Of a stretch of 64,000 bases of DNA, positions 1 through 10,384 are shown piece by piece. Each line of letters starts with the position of its first letter. Positions within the stretch are counted from its first letter, which is position 1. The position numbers and the translations under genes are program-made. The DNA is from Methanobrevibacter sp. (GTDB lineage: Archaea > Methanobacteriota > Methanobacteria > Methanobacteriales > Methanobacteriaceae), in NCBI GenBank assembly GCA_045628665.1, contig JAZQPS010000017.1, positions 106,505-170,504 on the forward strand. Reading direction: 5' to 3'. The notes under the pieces were generated by a model. That model saw only the letters and a list, made by a program, of their open reading frames with translations. It was not told where the DNA came from and made no database searches.

Positions 1-270
1 TTAGGCAATTAAATCTTTATAAAAAGTTTTTATATGCTATTATCTAAAAAAACATTATCTTAATTAATATGATTATTCTTTATATGGAGAGGTGAAAGTC
101 GAGTGAAGACTGAAAACATTATAATAATAATAGTCATGTTTATAATGTGTATAATTTGTGCTGGAACTGTTGTAACACATGATACAAATTTTTCAAAAAC
201 AGATGATGTGCACTATAATCTGATTGCACATGATGTTATTTTAAGTGAAATAAGAGATACATCAGATAAT
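1..270 (+). repeat. Copy 1 of a diverged direct repeat (promoter + RBS + signal peptide/N-terminal ~55 codons)
   Basis: ttaggcaattaaatc...tctaaaaaaac...ttaatatgat...gaggtga aligns with 1564 onward. Both start codons lie at the same 1563-bp offset (103 vs 1666). Confidence 0.8.
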
Positions 271-1336
271 CAAGTAAATGGATTCAATTCTTTGCTTTCT
301 TCCTTTGGTTCTATTGATTGTAATGCTTATGGTCCTTTATTGATTAATCCTAATGGTGAATTAACTGACGGTAAATCCCTTAGTGATATGCAACTAACTA
401 AAGAAAATAATACTGTTAATAATAGTACTGATGTAAATTCTACTAATTCTGCAGTATCTATTGATGATATTTTGGATGCAGCTGCTCAAACTAAATCATA
501 TATTGAAAATAATAATCAAGTGCCTAATACTATTACAATTGGTGATAAAGAATATTCTAGTGCTGAGGCATTATACTTATTTGATAAAGCTATACTAAAT
601 ATTGAAAATGGGGATTTTAGCGATATTGAACCAGTTCAGCTAGTGAACCAGATGATCCATATGGTACTGTTTCTGAATCAAAATTATATGAATATCAATA
701 TGTTGATGTTTGTAATAGGGTTGCTAATTATATACAAAATAATGGATATGCACCTAATTATGCAAGTTGTGATTATGGTCTTATTAGTTATCCTGAATTA
801 GTCGATATGAGTTCTAGAATTTTAGCATTTATAGCGCAAATGACCATGAAATGCCTCTTTATGTAACTGTTTATAATAAAATTAGTCCTACTCCAGTACC
901 TACAGGAAGTACAGTTCAAGAGGTAGCTGATGAATTATGTGAGGGTTTAAAAACTGATTATGAAAAAGCAAATGCATTATTTGAATTCGTACATCAAGAG
1001 ATTGAATATGACTTTTATTATGATACTCAATATGGTGCACAAGGAACTCTAGACCGCCGTGCAGGAAATTGTTGTAATCAAGCACAATTATTAGTCGCGA
1101 TGTGTAGAGATGAAGGTTTAACTGTCCAATTTGTACATGGAACTTGTTATTTTTATAGTAATCATCAATGGTTTGGGCATGTTTGGACTGAAATAAATAT
1201 TGATGGAGAATATCTTACTGCTGATCCAACAGGTTATTATAACGCTCTTGGAGTTATACCTAATTGGGATGTTCCATCAGCTGATATACATAATAGTTTT
1301 CCTGGAGTTTTACCATTTTTGAGTTCTGTTAAATAA
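103..1336 (+). pseudogene. Secreted pseudomurein-binding-repeat + transglutaminase-like cysteine protease (pseudomurein endoisopeptidase-like), split by two frameshifts
   Basis: Signal peptide, then PMBR-like repeats (ILDAAAQTKSYIENNNQVPNTITI). After ~636 another frame reads ASEPDDPYG...YVDVCNRVANYIQNNGYAPNYAS...YPELVDMSSRILAF; a second slip near 830 joins ORF 851-1336, which has the Cys-His-Asp triad motifs GNCCNQAQL, GHVW, ADPT. Confidence 0.8.
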
Positions 1337-1563
1337 ATAATTATAACAGATAAATAATATATGCTTAATTTAATATTGAAGAGATTATCATATTTAAAAT
1401 TATAAAATTAAGTTCCTATATATGTTAATCTTCTTCTACTCTTTAATTTTTTTTAAAAATCTTTTTACTGATATTTTATTTCTTATTTTTTAAATATTTC
1501 TACTTATTTGAAATATTCTTTAAAAATCGTTTTTTAAGAGTAAATCAATTAATTAATACTTGT

Positions 1564-1830
1564 TTAAGCAATTAAATCATTATACAAAGGTTTATATATT
1601 ATCATCTAAAAAAACTTAATTTAACTTAATATGATGAATTATTTATAATGTGAGGTGATATTTGGATGAAATCTAAAAATATTATATTAATACTCATATT
1701 GATGATATGTGTCGTTTGTGTTGGATTTGTTGTAGCAAATGATGCAAGTTTTACAAAAACAGATAATATTCCTAATAATCTTGTAGTGAAAGATGTTAAT
1801 TTAAATGAATTAGAGAATAAAACAGGTAAT
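1564..1830 (+). repeat. Copy 2 of the diverged promoter/leader repeat
   Basis: ttaagcaattaaatc...tctaaaaaaac...ttaatatgat...gaggtga. The protein N-termini align (FSKTDD/FTKTDN, NL..DV.L.E). Confidence 0.8.
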
Positions 1831-2154
1831 ATTCCAGCTAATAATACTGATATGTACTCTAATAAGTTGGATAATGGACCAAAAAACATTACAGGGTTTG
1901 TTTTTATACATGTAATTGATGAGGTTACTGGAAACAATTTATCAAATGCACATGTGAAAATATATGTAGACCCAAATCTTACTCTTTCTCCAGATAATTT
2001 TGGTTATACTGATGATAAAGGAGATTATTGGTTCTGGGCTATTCCACATGTTAATTATAAAGGATGTGCTTATAGTAATGATGGAACTAATAGATTTGTT
2101 TATTTTGATATTCCATGGAATGCAACTTCAGTTAATGTAACCATTCCTGCATAA
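1666..2154 (+). CDS. Secreted protein with a small beta-sandwich (transthyretin/carboxypeptidase-regulatory-like) domain
   Basis: Signal peptide; motif IHVID..TG..LSNAHV...GYTDDKG; RBS gaggtga. Confidence 0.6.
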   Translation: MKSKNIILILILMICVVCVGFVVANDASFTKTDNIPNNLVVKDVNLNELENKTGNIPANNTDMYSNKLDNGPKNITGFVFIHVIDEVTGNNLSNAHVKIYVDPNLTLSPDNFGYTDDKGDYWFWAIPHVNYKGCAYSNDGTNRFVYFDIPWNATSVNVTIPA

Positions 2155-2323
2155 TGAAAAGATATTATCTTTTCAATTTTTTTCATTTTAATTTATTAGG
2201 TTTTATTTTATCAAAAAAATATTATTAAATTATATTATATTTTATTTTTTTAATTTCATTTAATGTTAAAACACTATTATTTATAATTAAATTTAAACAT
2301 GATTATAATTAATAACAAATATC

Positions 2324-3034
2324 ATGAATAAAAGTACATTTCAAGCTTTATTGTTATTAATAATTTTTATTTTAATAATTGGTACTAGAATCTTTTTATT
2401 TTACGATAATCAAATTTTTAATGATTATTCTTTGTATGATGTTTCTAATGTAGGTTCAAGTGATAACGGTACTGTTTATAAAGTTGTTGCTGGAAATGAA
2501 TCCTCTAATCAATCTATTGGTATTATTTTAGGAATTCATCCACGAGAACATGAAATCCATAAAGCTATGTTGTCTACTTTTTATCAACTATGTGGTGCAC
2601 CTAATGCTCCAAAAAATCTTACTAAAAAATATGTGATTTATTATGTTGAAGTAAATAATAATATCACAGGTTATCAAGAATCAAGGGCTGCAGGTGAAGT
2701 TCTAGGACAAGAATTTATTGTTCCTAATATTATTAAAGATAATGTTTCAATGGTTGTTGATCTTCATATGATTGATGAATCTTATGAATTTTATAACTTT
2801 ATTTTCCCTGTAACCGATGACCCTATAAGTAATGAATATGCTAATTTTATTGCTAATTATCTCAGTATTGCTAATTACAACTTTACTGAAGGAACTTCTC
2901 CATTAAAGATTACAGTTCCTATTGCTGAGTTTGGAATTCCGGCTATGCTAATTGAATTTGATATAAATTCTAATAATTCTACTCAAAATGCACAAAAGGT
3001 TATTCAAGCATTAGAAGAATTAAAATTATATTAA
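2324..3034 (+). CDS. Membrane-anchored Zn-carboxypeptidase/M14-like protein
   Basis: N-terminal TM helix; HxxE motif (GIHPRE), VVDLH and a C-terminal LIEF pattern. Confidence 0.55.
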   Translation: MNKSTFQALLLLIIFILIIGTRIFLFYDNQIFNDYSLYDVSNVGSSDNGTVYKVVAGNESSNQSIGIILGIHPREHEIHKAMLSTFYQLCGAPNAPKNLTKKYVIYYVEVNNNITGYQESRAAGEVLGQEFIVPNIIKDNVSMVVDLHMIDESYEFYNFIFPVTDDPISNEYANFIANYLSIANYNFTEGTSPLKITVPIAEFGIPAMLIEFDINSNNSTQNAQKVIQALEELKLY

Positions 3035-3080
3035 TTTTTTAAAATTTTAAAATAAAAAAGAGACAGAGTTTATAAAAACT

Positions 3081-3803
3081 CTAGTTTGAAAGTTTACTTG
3101 CAGCTTCTTTATCTACAATTACAACTACATCAGTATGGTTTTGTAATGCACTAGCTGCACAGTCAGTAGAAGGTTCTCCTTCAACCATTGCACGAATTGC
3201 ATCAGCTTTATTTTCACCGTTAGCTACTAATAAAACTTTTTTAGCTTTCATAATAGTTCCAATACCCATTGTAATTGCATGAGTAGGTACTTTATTAATA
3301 TCATCATCGAAGAAACGTGCATTTGCTTCTCTTGTGTTTTCAGTTAAAGTTACAATGTGGGTTGGTTCATCAAATGCAGTTCCTGGTTCATTGAAACCAA
3401 TGTGTCCGTTAATACCAATTCCAAGTAATTGAATATCAATAGATACTTTTTCTAATTCACTTTCATATTCTAAACATTCTTTTTCAGTACTTCCAAATGG
3501 TACATGGGTGTTTTCTAAAGGTACATCAATACCGGAGAATAAGTTTTCATACATAAAAATGTAATAAGATTGTTCATCGTCACGTTCAATACCTACATAT
3601 TCATCTAAATTGTAAGTAGTGATGTCTTTATAACTTGTTCCGTTTTCTTTATGATCTTTAATCATATTTTCATAAAGACCTACTGGAGAAGAACCAGTAG
3701 CAAGTCCTAAAACTGCATTAGGTTTTTCAGTTACAAGTTTTTTCATAATTTCAAATGCTTTTAATGATAATTCTTCATAATTATCACAAATAATTACTTC
3801 CAT
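3081..3803 (-). CDS. nagB: Glucosamine-6-phosphate deaminase
   Basis: VLGLATGSSP, NLDEYVG, LGIGINGHIGFNEPG, AITMGIGTI. RBS ggaggt places the start at 3803. Confidence 0.95.
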   Translation of the reverse strand: MEVIICDNYEELSLKAFEIMKKLVTEKPNAVLGLATGSSPVGLYENMIKDHKENGTSYKDITTYNLDEYVGIERDDEQSYYIFMYENLFSGIDVPLENTHVPFGSTEKECLEYESELEKVSIDIQLLGIGINGHIGFNEPGTAFDEPTHIVTLTENTREANARFFDDDINKVPTHAITMGIGTIMKAKKVLLVANGENKADAIRAMVEGEPSTDCAASALQNHTDVVVIVDKEAASKLSN

Positions 3804-3838
3804 AATTTTTACCTCCATTCGTTAAGAATTAAATAATA

Positions 3839-3925
3839 AAAATGATTATATTTCATTTTTTGATAAGGGTCGGAAATACATTTCCACCCATCTATAATAT
3901 AGTTTTAACTTTATTAATATATAAA
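3839..3925 (-). promoter_or_regulatory. nagB TATA box and structured 5' leader
   Basis: TTTATATA on the minus strand at 3925-3918. GC-rich hairpin GGGT-GGAAAT-gt-ATTTCC-g-ACCC (3889-3867) and a second stem AAAATGA..TCATTTT (3859-3839). Confidence 0.5.
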
Positions 3926-4140
3926 TGTTTGTTTATTTATCAACATTTTTAAGAAAAAATTTATTTTATTTCTCTTTATTAATTTTTAACTTATTTAAAA
4001 TTAAAATAATAGTAAATAAAAGACTTTACTAATGTAGTATTTTAGATAAATAAATAATTATATATGTAGAAAAAATAGAATATTTTTTTTATATTATATA
4101 ATAATCAGATAATCATTTATATTAATATGAGGTTGATTAA

Positions 4141-4599
4141 GTGAAATTTAATAAATTTTCAGTTACTATTATTTGTTTGGTATTATTATGCAGTATTGGT
4201 ATTGTGTGTGCACATGATAGTTCTCAATCAATAAATACAAATAATTGTTCTAATTTAAGCAATATTCCTTTAATGAATGGGGTTGATAAAAATGTTAATT
4301 GTGGTACTTTGTTAGTTCATGTTTTTGATGACAATGGTATTAAATGGGATTACCCTCTTAAAGGAGCTTATGTTAGTTTATATAATGAGGATATGGGTAA
4401 ACTAATTGAAGAAGGATATACTAATGAAAAAGGAGCAATTTTGTTTAATTCTACTGATTTGCTTGAATATAATTGTTTGGTAACTGCAAAATTCCCTGAT
4501 GGTTCAATTAATAGTTATGAATTAGTTCCTTATGTAGGTATAACAGAATTAAGTTTCAATCATGACAATATTTGGTTTTATTTGGAAAACTTACATTAA
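4141..4599 (+). CDS. Secreted protein, paralog of 1666-2154
   Basis: Signal peptide ending VCA-HD; LVHVFD...LKGAYV...GYTNEKG. Confidence 0.6.
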   Translation: MKFNKFSVTIICLVLLCSIGIVCAHDSSQSINTNNCSNLSNIPLMNGVDKNVNCGTLLVHVFDDNGIKWDYPLKGAYVSLYNEDMGKLIEEGYTNEKGAILFNSTDLLEYNCLVTAKFPDGSINSYELVPYVGITELSFNHDNIWFYLENLH

Positions 4600-4671
4600 T
4601 ATAAAGAAATTTAATAAGAATTTTTAAAAATATTATAAAATAATATAATTTAAAGTATTATATTATTTTTA

Positions 4672-4998
4672 TTAAAATTCGCTTTCAACAGCATCCCATA
4701 ATTCGGTTGCCCAGCCTTGTTTACCATCTATTACCATATCTAAAAGTCTTATTTTACCTTCTTTAAATCTAAATAATCTATAATCTGTCTGTTTTTTATT
4801 TTCTTTATTACAATCCAAATATAATCCTTCACTATATTCTTCTTCAAAATCTCCAGATTTAACAAAATCTCCTACAAGTGAATATCCACTTTTAACACTT
4901 TTATCAAGTTCTTCTATAGTTTTTAACCATCCTCCATTTGCTCTAAAGCTCATATCAGGATCTATTTTTTGTATTTCTTTAGCCCAATTTAATATCAT
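4672..4998 (-). CDS. Hypothetical protein
   Basis: 108-aa ORF with typical composition; no motif recognised. Confidence 0.7.
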   Translation of the reverse strand: MILNWAKEIQKIDPDMSFRANGGWLKTIEELDKSVKSGYSLVGDFVKSGDFEEEYSEGLYLDCNKENKKQTDYRLFRFKEGKIRLLDMVIDGKQGWATELWDAVESEF

Positions 4999-5086
4999 AA
5001 TAATTAATTTAATTTAATTTATTTTTAAATTCAAAGTTAGAGAGCATTTGAAAAGATTTATTAGTTAATTTTTATTAAATTATTTT

Positions 5087-5611
5087 ATGAATCAAGTAGA
5101 AGAAAATATTAGAAATAGAAGAAGTATAAGGGAATATTCAGATGAAAATATCTCAGATGAATATATCGAAAAACTATTAAAAGCAGCAATGCAAGCACCA
5201 GGTAGTAGGATGGGTGCTGAACCTTGGGAATTTATTGTTGTTAGAAATAAAGAGACAATTAAAAAATTATCTGAAATTAGTCCCAATACTAAACTATTAG
5301 CTGAAGCAAATGTTGCTATAGTTTTGATTGCTAATATGGATAAATCTCACTTTAAAGTAGTATGGCAACAAGATATGTCTGCTGCAGCTACTACTTTATT
5401 ATTAGAAGCTGCTAATTTAGGTTTAGGTGCAGTGTGGTTAGGTATTGCACCTCGTGAAGATAGAATGAATAAAATTCGTGAAATATTTAACTTGTCTGAA
5501 GAATTTAAACCATTTAATATTATTTCATTAGGTTATCCTGCTGAGGGATTAGAGAATAAATTTGTTGATAAATTTGATGAGTCCCGTATACATTTTGAAA
5601 AATACTGTTAA
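5087..5611 (+). CDS. Nitroreductase family protein
   Basis: RRSIREY, AAMQAPGS, PWEFIVV, GLGAVWLG, LGYP. Confidence 0.9.
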   Translation: MNQVEENIRNRRSIREYSDENISDEYIEKLLKAAMQAPGSRMGAEPWEFIVVRNKETIKKLSEISPNTKLLAEANVAIVLIANMDKSHFKVVWQQDMSAAATTLLLEAANLGLGAVWLGIAPREDRMNKIREIFNLSEEFKPFNIISLGYPAEGLENKFVDKFDESRIHFEKYC

Positions 5612-5646
5612 ATATAATAAGATTAATATAGTTAAAATAGATAAAT

Positions 5647-6318
5647 ATGAAGTCTTTATTTGAAAAATTTGATATTATTCCAAATAATGAGCAATTATAT
5701 GAGATTGCTTTTACTCATTCCTCATATGGAACAAGTAATAATCTTAATTATAACTATGAAAGGTTAGAATTTTTAGGTGATTCCATATTAAGTATGCTTG
5801 TTTCTGAATATTTATATAAAAAATATCCTAAATATGAAGAAGGGAACTTAACAAAATTAAGGTCAAATTATGTTTGTCAAGCTGCTCTTATTTATTATTC
5901 TGAGGAATTAGGTTTGAATAATTATATTAAATATGATTTAAATGAAGGTTTAACTCAAAATGAGATTTTATCTATTACTGCGGATATTTTTGAATCATTT
6001 TTAGGAGCTATTTTCTTAGACCAAGGTATAGTTTTTGCTAAAAGATACATTTTAAAAATTATTTTTAAATCTATTGATGACAAAAAAATTTTCTTCTATG
6101 ATTATAAATCACATATTAAAGAATATGGTGATTATGAGAGTATTGAAATTTCATATCAACTTTTAGATGAAAAAGGATTACCGCATGATAAAACTTTCAC
6201 TATGTCTATACTTCTTAATGGTGTAGAATATGGTATGGGAATTGGAAAAACTAAAAAAGAAGCTGAACAGCATGCTGCTTCTGAAGCTATGAGAAAGTTA
6301 GGTTTAGGGGATTTTTAA
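5647..6318 (+). CDS. rnc: Bacterial-type ribonuclease III
   Basis: AFTHSSY, signature NYERLEFLGDS, ADIFESFLGAIFLD, dsRBD (DYKS..GLPHDKTF..GKTKKEAEQ). Confidence 0.95.
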   Translation: MKSLFEKFDIIPNNEQLYEIAFTHSSYGTSNNLNYNYERLEFLGDSILSMLVSEYLYKKYPKYEEGNLTKLRSNYVCQAALIYYSEELGLNNYIKYDLNEGLTQNEILSITADIFESFLGAIFLDQGIVFAKRYILKIIFKSIDDKKIFFYDYKSHIKEYGDYESIEISYQLLDEKGLPHDKTFTMSILLNGVEYGMGIGKTKKEAEQHAASEAMRKLGLGDF

Positions 6319-6319
6319 A

Positions 6320-7795
6320 ATGAAAGATGATGGAGTAGGTTATGTAGAAACTCAAAAGTTCGATATTAAAGGAACTATTGAACTTGAAAGTGGAAAAACT
6401 TTAGATAATGTTACCGTTGCTTATGAAACTTATGGTAAATTAAATAAAAATAAAACTAATGCTATTTTAATTTGTCATGCTTTAACTGGTGATGCTCATG
6501 CAGCTGGTTGGCATAAAAATGCTAAAAAACCAGGTTGGTGGGATATAATTATTGGTCCAGGAAAAGCTCTTGATACTAATAAATTTTTTGTTATTTGTTC
6601 TAATGTTTTAGGGGGATGTAAAGGTACAACTGGGCCTGCTTCTATTAATCCTGAAACTGGGGAAGAATATGGTATGGATTTCCCTGTTATAACTATCAAA
6701 GACATGGTTAATGTTCAAAAAGTGCTGGTAATTGAATGTTTTAAAATTAATCAATTAACTGCTGTTATAGGTGGTTCAATGGGTGGAATGCAAGTATTAC
6801 AATGGATGATTTCCTATCCTGATATAGTTAAAAAGGCTATTCCTATTGCTACTACTGGTAGAAGTACTCCACAACAAATCGCTTTCAATGCTGTTGGTAG
6901 ACAAGCTATTTTCTCTGATCCTAAATGGAATCAAGGAGAATATTATAAAACTAATGATGTTCCTAAAAGTGGATTATCTGTAGCTCGTATGATGGCTCAT
7001 ATTACTTATTTATCCGAAGAATCAATGGATTTAAAGTTTGGTCGTTCATTACAAGATAAAAATGAGAAAAGTTTTGACTTTGAAATTGATTTTCAAGTAG
7101 AAAGTTACTTAAAGCATCAAGGTACAACTTTTGTTGAACGTTTTGATGCTAATAGTTATCTTTATATTACTAAAGCAGTGGATTATTTTGATTTATCTGA
7201 AGAAGGTTCTTTAATTGAAGGTTTATCTAATGTTAAATCAAAAGTTAAAATAATAGCTGTTGATACTGATTGGTTATATCCAGTAGAACAGAATGAATCG
7301 TTAGTTAATGCATTAGCTGCAAATGATGTAAATGTTTCCTATTCAGAACTTCAATCTCCTCATGGACATGATGCATTTTTATTAGAAGAAGGTCAACTTA
7401 ATTTTATTATTTCAAGTTTCTTATCTGAAAATATTGTAGCTGATTTAATGAAAACAGATGTTCCAACTCTTAACACTAATTCAGGTGTAAGAGAAGCTGC
7501 TGAATTAATGGTTAAAGAGCAAGTAACTCATGTTCCTATTGTAAATGGGGTTAATGAATTAATGGGTATTGTTACTAGTTGGGATTTATCTAAAGCTATT
7601 GCAAATGATACATATGAATTAGATAAAATCATGACAAAATCAGTACAGTCTTGTAGTAAAGAAGACTCTATTATTGATATAGCTAAAAAATTAAAAGATT
7701 ATGATATTTCTTGTTTACCAGTAATTGGTGAAGATAAAAAATTAGAAGGACTTATTACTAGTGAGCTAATAAGTCACTTAATTTCAAAATATTAA
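6320..7795 (+). CDS. metX: Homoserine O-acetyltransferase with C-terminal CBS pair
   Basis: ICHALTGDAH, GGSMGGMQ, HGHDAFLLE; CBS domains in the last ~120 aa. Confidence 0.95.
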   Translation: MKDDGVGYVETQKFDIKGTIELESGKTLDNVTVAYETYGKLNKNKTNAILICHALTGDAHAAGWHKNAKKPGWWDIIIGPGKALDTNKFFVICSNVLGGCKGTTGPASINPETGEEYGMDFPVITIKDMVNVQKVLVIECFKINQLTAVIGGSMGGMQVLQWMISYPDIVKKAIPIATTGRSTPQQIAFNAVGRQAIFSDPKWNQGEYYKTNDVPKSGLSVARMMAHITYLSEESMDLKFGRSLQDKNEKSFDFEIDFQVESYLKHQGTTFVERFDANSYLYITKAVDYFDLSEEGSLIEGLSNVKSKVKIIAVDTDWLYPVEQNESLVNALAANDVNVSYSELQSPHGHDAFLLEEGQLNFIISSFLSENIVADLMKTDVPTLNTNSGVREAAELMVKEQVTHVPIVNGVNELMGIVTSWDLSKAIANDTYELDKIMTKSVQSCSKEDSIIDIAKKLKDYDISCLPVIGEDKKLEGLITSELISHLISKY

Positions 7796-7799
7796 AAAA

Positions 7800-7823
7800 A
7801 GAAAGGTTTTATTTTACCTTTCT
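7800..7823. terminator. Hairpin between convergent metX and metY
   Basis: agaaaggt-N8-acctttct inverted repeat. Confidence 0.5.
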
Positions 7824-9102
7824 ATTTTACTGCTTTTTGTAATGCTTGATTGATGTCTGCTATGATATCTTCAACATTTTCTATTCCAACAGACATTCTA
7901 ATAAAGTCAGGAGTAACTCCTGTTGAGATTTGTTCTTCTGGTGTTAAACCTGAATGTGTGGTACTACCTGGATGAACAACTAATGTTTTTGCATCACAGA
8001 TATTAGCTAAATGTGAACAAAGTTTTACATTAGCAATGAATTTTTTTCCTTCTTCTATACCACCTTTAATTCCAAATCCTAATACACAACCATATTTGCC
8101 TTTTAAGTATTTTTTAGCTTGTTCATGGTTTGGATTATTTTCAAGTCCTAGATAATTTACCCAAGAAACAGCATCATGACTTTCTAAGAATTTAGCTACT
8201 TCTAAAGCATTTTCACAATGTTGATTAACTCTTAAAGACATAGTTTCAAGTCCTTGGAGTAATTGGAATGAATTAAATGGACTGGAACACAATCCTAAAT
8301 CTCTTAATATTTGGCAACGTGCTTTTTCAACTAATGCAGTTTCAGGGAAACGTTCTGAGTATATTAATCCATGATAACTTTCATCAGGTTCTGTAAATTC
8401 TGGGAATTTACCATTAGTCCAATCAAATTTACCTGATTCAACAATAGTTCCTCCTAAAGCAGTTCCATGTCCTCCAATAATTTTTGTAGCTGAATGAACA
8501 ACAACATCTGCACCATAATCAATTGGTTTCACCATTCCAATAGCACTAGTGTTGTCTACTACTAAAGGAATATTGTTTTTATGTGCTAATTCAGATAATG
8601 CTTCAAAATCAGGAACATCTAATTTAGGATTTCCAATAGATTCACAGTAAATAGCTTTTGTATTTTCATTAATTGCTTCTTCGAAAGCATTTAAATCTTG
8701 AGAATCAACGAAATGTACTTTTATTCCCCATTTAGCAAAAGTATTTTTAAATAAAGTGAATGTTCCTCCGTATAAATTGTTTCCAGAGACTATTTCATCT
8801 CCACTTTGTACAATAGTTAATAAAGCTGTTGAAATTGCAGCCATTCCTGAAGAAACAGTTAAACATCCACTTCCACCTTCAATTGCAGCTACTCTTTTTT
8901 CTAAAACTTCGTTAGTTGGATTATTTAATCTTGTATAAATGTATCCTGGTTTATCCATCATGAATACATCTGCAGCATATTCTGCATCGTTAAATACATA
9001 TGAACTTGTTAAATATATAGGGACAGCTCTTGCACCTGTTCCAATATCTGCTTTTTCTTGACCTGCATGTATTTCTTTTGTTCTATTTCCATATTCTTTC
9101 AT
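7822..9102 (-). CDS. metY: O-acetylhomoserine sulfhydrylase
   Basis: [28 protein letters not shown] (PLP Lys), IRMSVGIE. Confidence 0.93.
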   Translation of the reverse strand: MKEYGNRTKEIHAGQEKADIGTGARAVPIYLTSSYVFNDAEYAADVFMMDKPGYIYTRLNNPTNEVLEKRVAAIEGGSGCLTVSSGMAAISTALLTIVQSGDEIVSGNNLYGGTFTLFKNTFAKWGIKVHFVDSQDLNAFEEAINENTKAIYCESIGNPKLDVPDFEALSELAHKNNIPLVVDNTSAIGMVKPIDYGADVVVHSATKIIGGHGTALGGTIVESGKFDWTNGKFPEFTEPDESYHGLIYSERFPETALVEKARCQILRDLGLCSSPFNSFQLLQGLETMSLRVNQHCENALEVAKFLESHDAVSWVNYLGLENNPNHEQAKKYLKGKYGCVLGFGIKGGIEEGKKFIANVKLCSHLANICDAKTLVVHPGSTTHSGLTPEEQISTGVTPDFIRMSVGIENVEDIIADINQALQKAVK

Positions 9103-9163
9103 GCTATTCACCTTAATTATAATATTTTATATATGAAATTTTATAAATATTTTTATTGATATC

Positions 9164-10279
9164 ATGAGTGACTTTTTAAATATCTCATTTAATGGAACAA
9201 TATATAATAATGATGATAATTTTGAAGATATTTTCAAAAGGTTCTATAATGGAACTAATTTATTAGAAGCAGTATTAGAAGTTGTTAAATTAATTGATGG
9301 TGATTACGCATTTTCTATTTCTGATGGGGAGAATTTAGTTTTAGCTTGTGATTATATTGGAACTAAACCTCTTTATTATGTTGATGATCAATTTTCATTT
9401 TATAAAGGAAATCTAGGATATGATGGAGTTAAAAAATTAAAACCAGGGTTTATTATATATAATGGAAAAGAAATTCCAGTTCCACCAAAAGAATTTGAAT
9501 TAGATGAATCTTTAGAAGAGTTACTTAAAGAATCTATTTTTAAAAGAATTAAAAATCTAAATGAGATACCTATTATATTTTCAGGTGGAGTAGATTCTTC
9601 TTTAATAGCTTTAATTTTAAAAGAGTATCCTATTAAATTATATGCAGTAAGAAAAGAAGGTTCAAAAGATTTAGAATATGTTAAAAAAGTAGCAAATTCT
9701 TTAAATTTACCATTAAAATCTAAAGTTGTTACAGAAGACATTGTTAAAGATGCATTACCTGATGTTTTAAGAGTTATAGCCGAAAATAACTTAATGAAAA
9801 TAGGAGTTGGAATGACAATTTATTTAGCTAGTCAAATGATTTCTCAGGATGGTTATAAAGTTGCTTTATCAGGACAAGGTGCTGATGAATTGTTTGCTGG
9901 TTATAATCGTTATTTGAAAAGTTATTCTAATAAAACACTTCAAGAAGAGCTTGAATTTGATATTGCTAATATACATCATGTAAATTTAGAAAGAGATTAT
10001 GGGGTATCTGCATTAAATAATGTTGAATTACGTATGCCTTATTTAGATGAAAAACTTGTTTATTATGCATTAAAAATTCCAATCACAGAAAAGATAAATT
10101 CATCTGAAGATGTTCTTAGAAAGAGAGTTTTAAGAGATTTGGCTTTTAATTTGGGATTAGATAAAGAATTTGCTTATAGACCAAAAAAAGCAGCTCAATA
10201 TGGTACAGGTATTGATAAATTATTAAGGAAAAAAGTATTAAAAAACTTTGATGTTGATAATTTTATTAATTCATTATAA
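9164..10279 (+). CDS. asnB: Asparagine synthetase B-like protein with a truncated glutaminase domain
   Basis: FSGGVDSS, SGQGADELFAGY, ELRMPYLD, RPKKAAQYGTG. No N-terminal Cys. Confidence 0.75.
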   Translation: MSDFLNISFNGTIYNNDDNFEDIFKRFYNGTNLLEAVLEVVKLIDGDYAFSISDGENLVLACDYIGTKPLYYVDDQFSFYKGNLGYDGVKKLKPGFIIYNGKEIPVPPKEFELDESLEELLKESIFKRIKNLNEIPIIFSGGVDSSLIALILKEYPIKLYAVRKEGSKDLEYVKKVANSLNLPLKSKVVTEDIVKDALPDVLRVIAENNLMKIGVGMTIYLASQMISQDGYKVALSGQGADELFAGYNRYLKSYSNKTLQEELEFDIANIHHVNLERDYGVSALNNVELRMPYLDEKLVYYALKIPITEKINSSEDVLRKRVLRDLAFNLGLDKEFAYRPKKAAQYGTGIDKLLRKKVLKNFDVDNFINSL

Positions 10280-10384
10280 TTTTTTTTAACAAATTTTCTA
10301 TAAAAAAACCCTTTTTTTATTAAACCTTTATTTATATAATAAATATATATTAATATTATTATAATTTAACTAGGAGATTTATTC

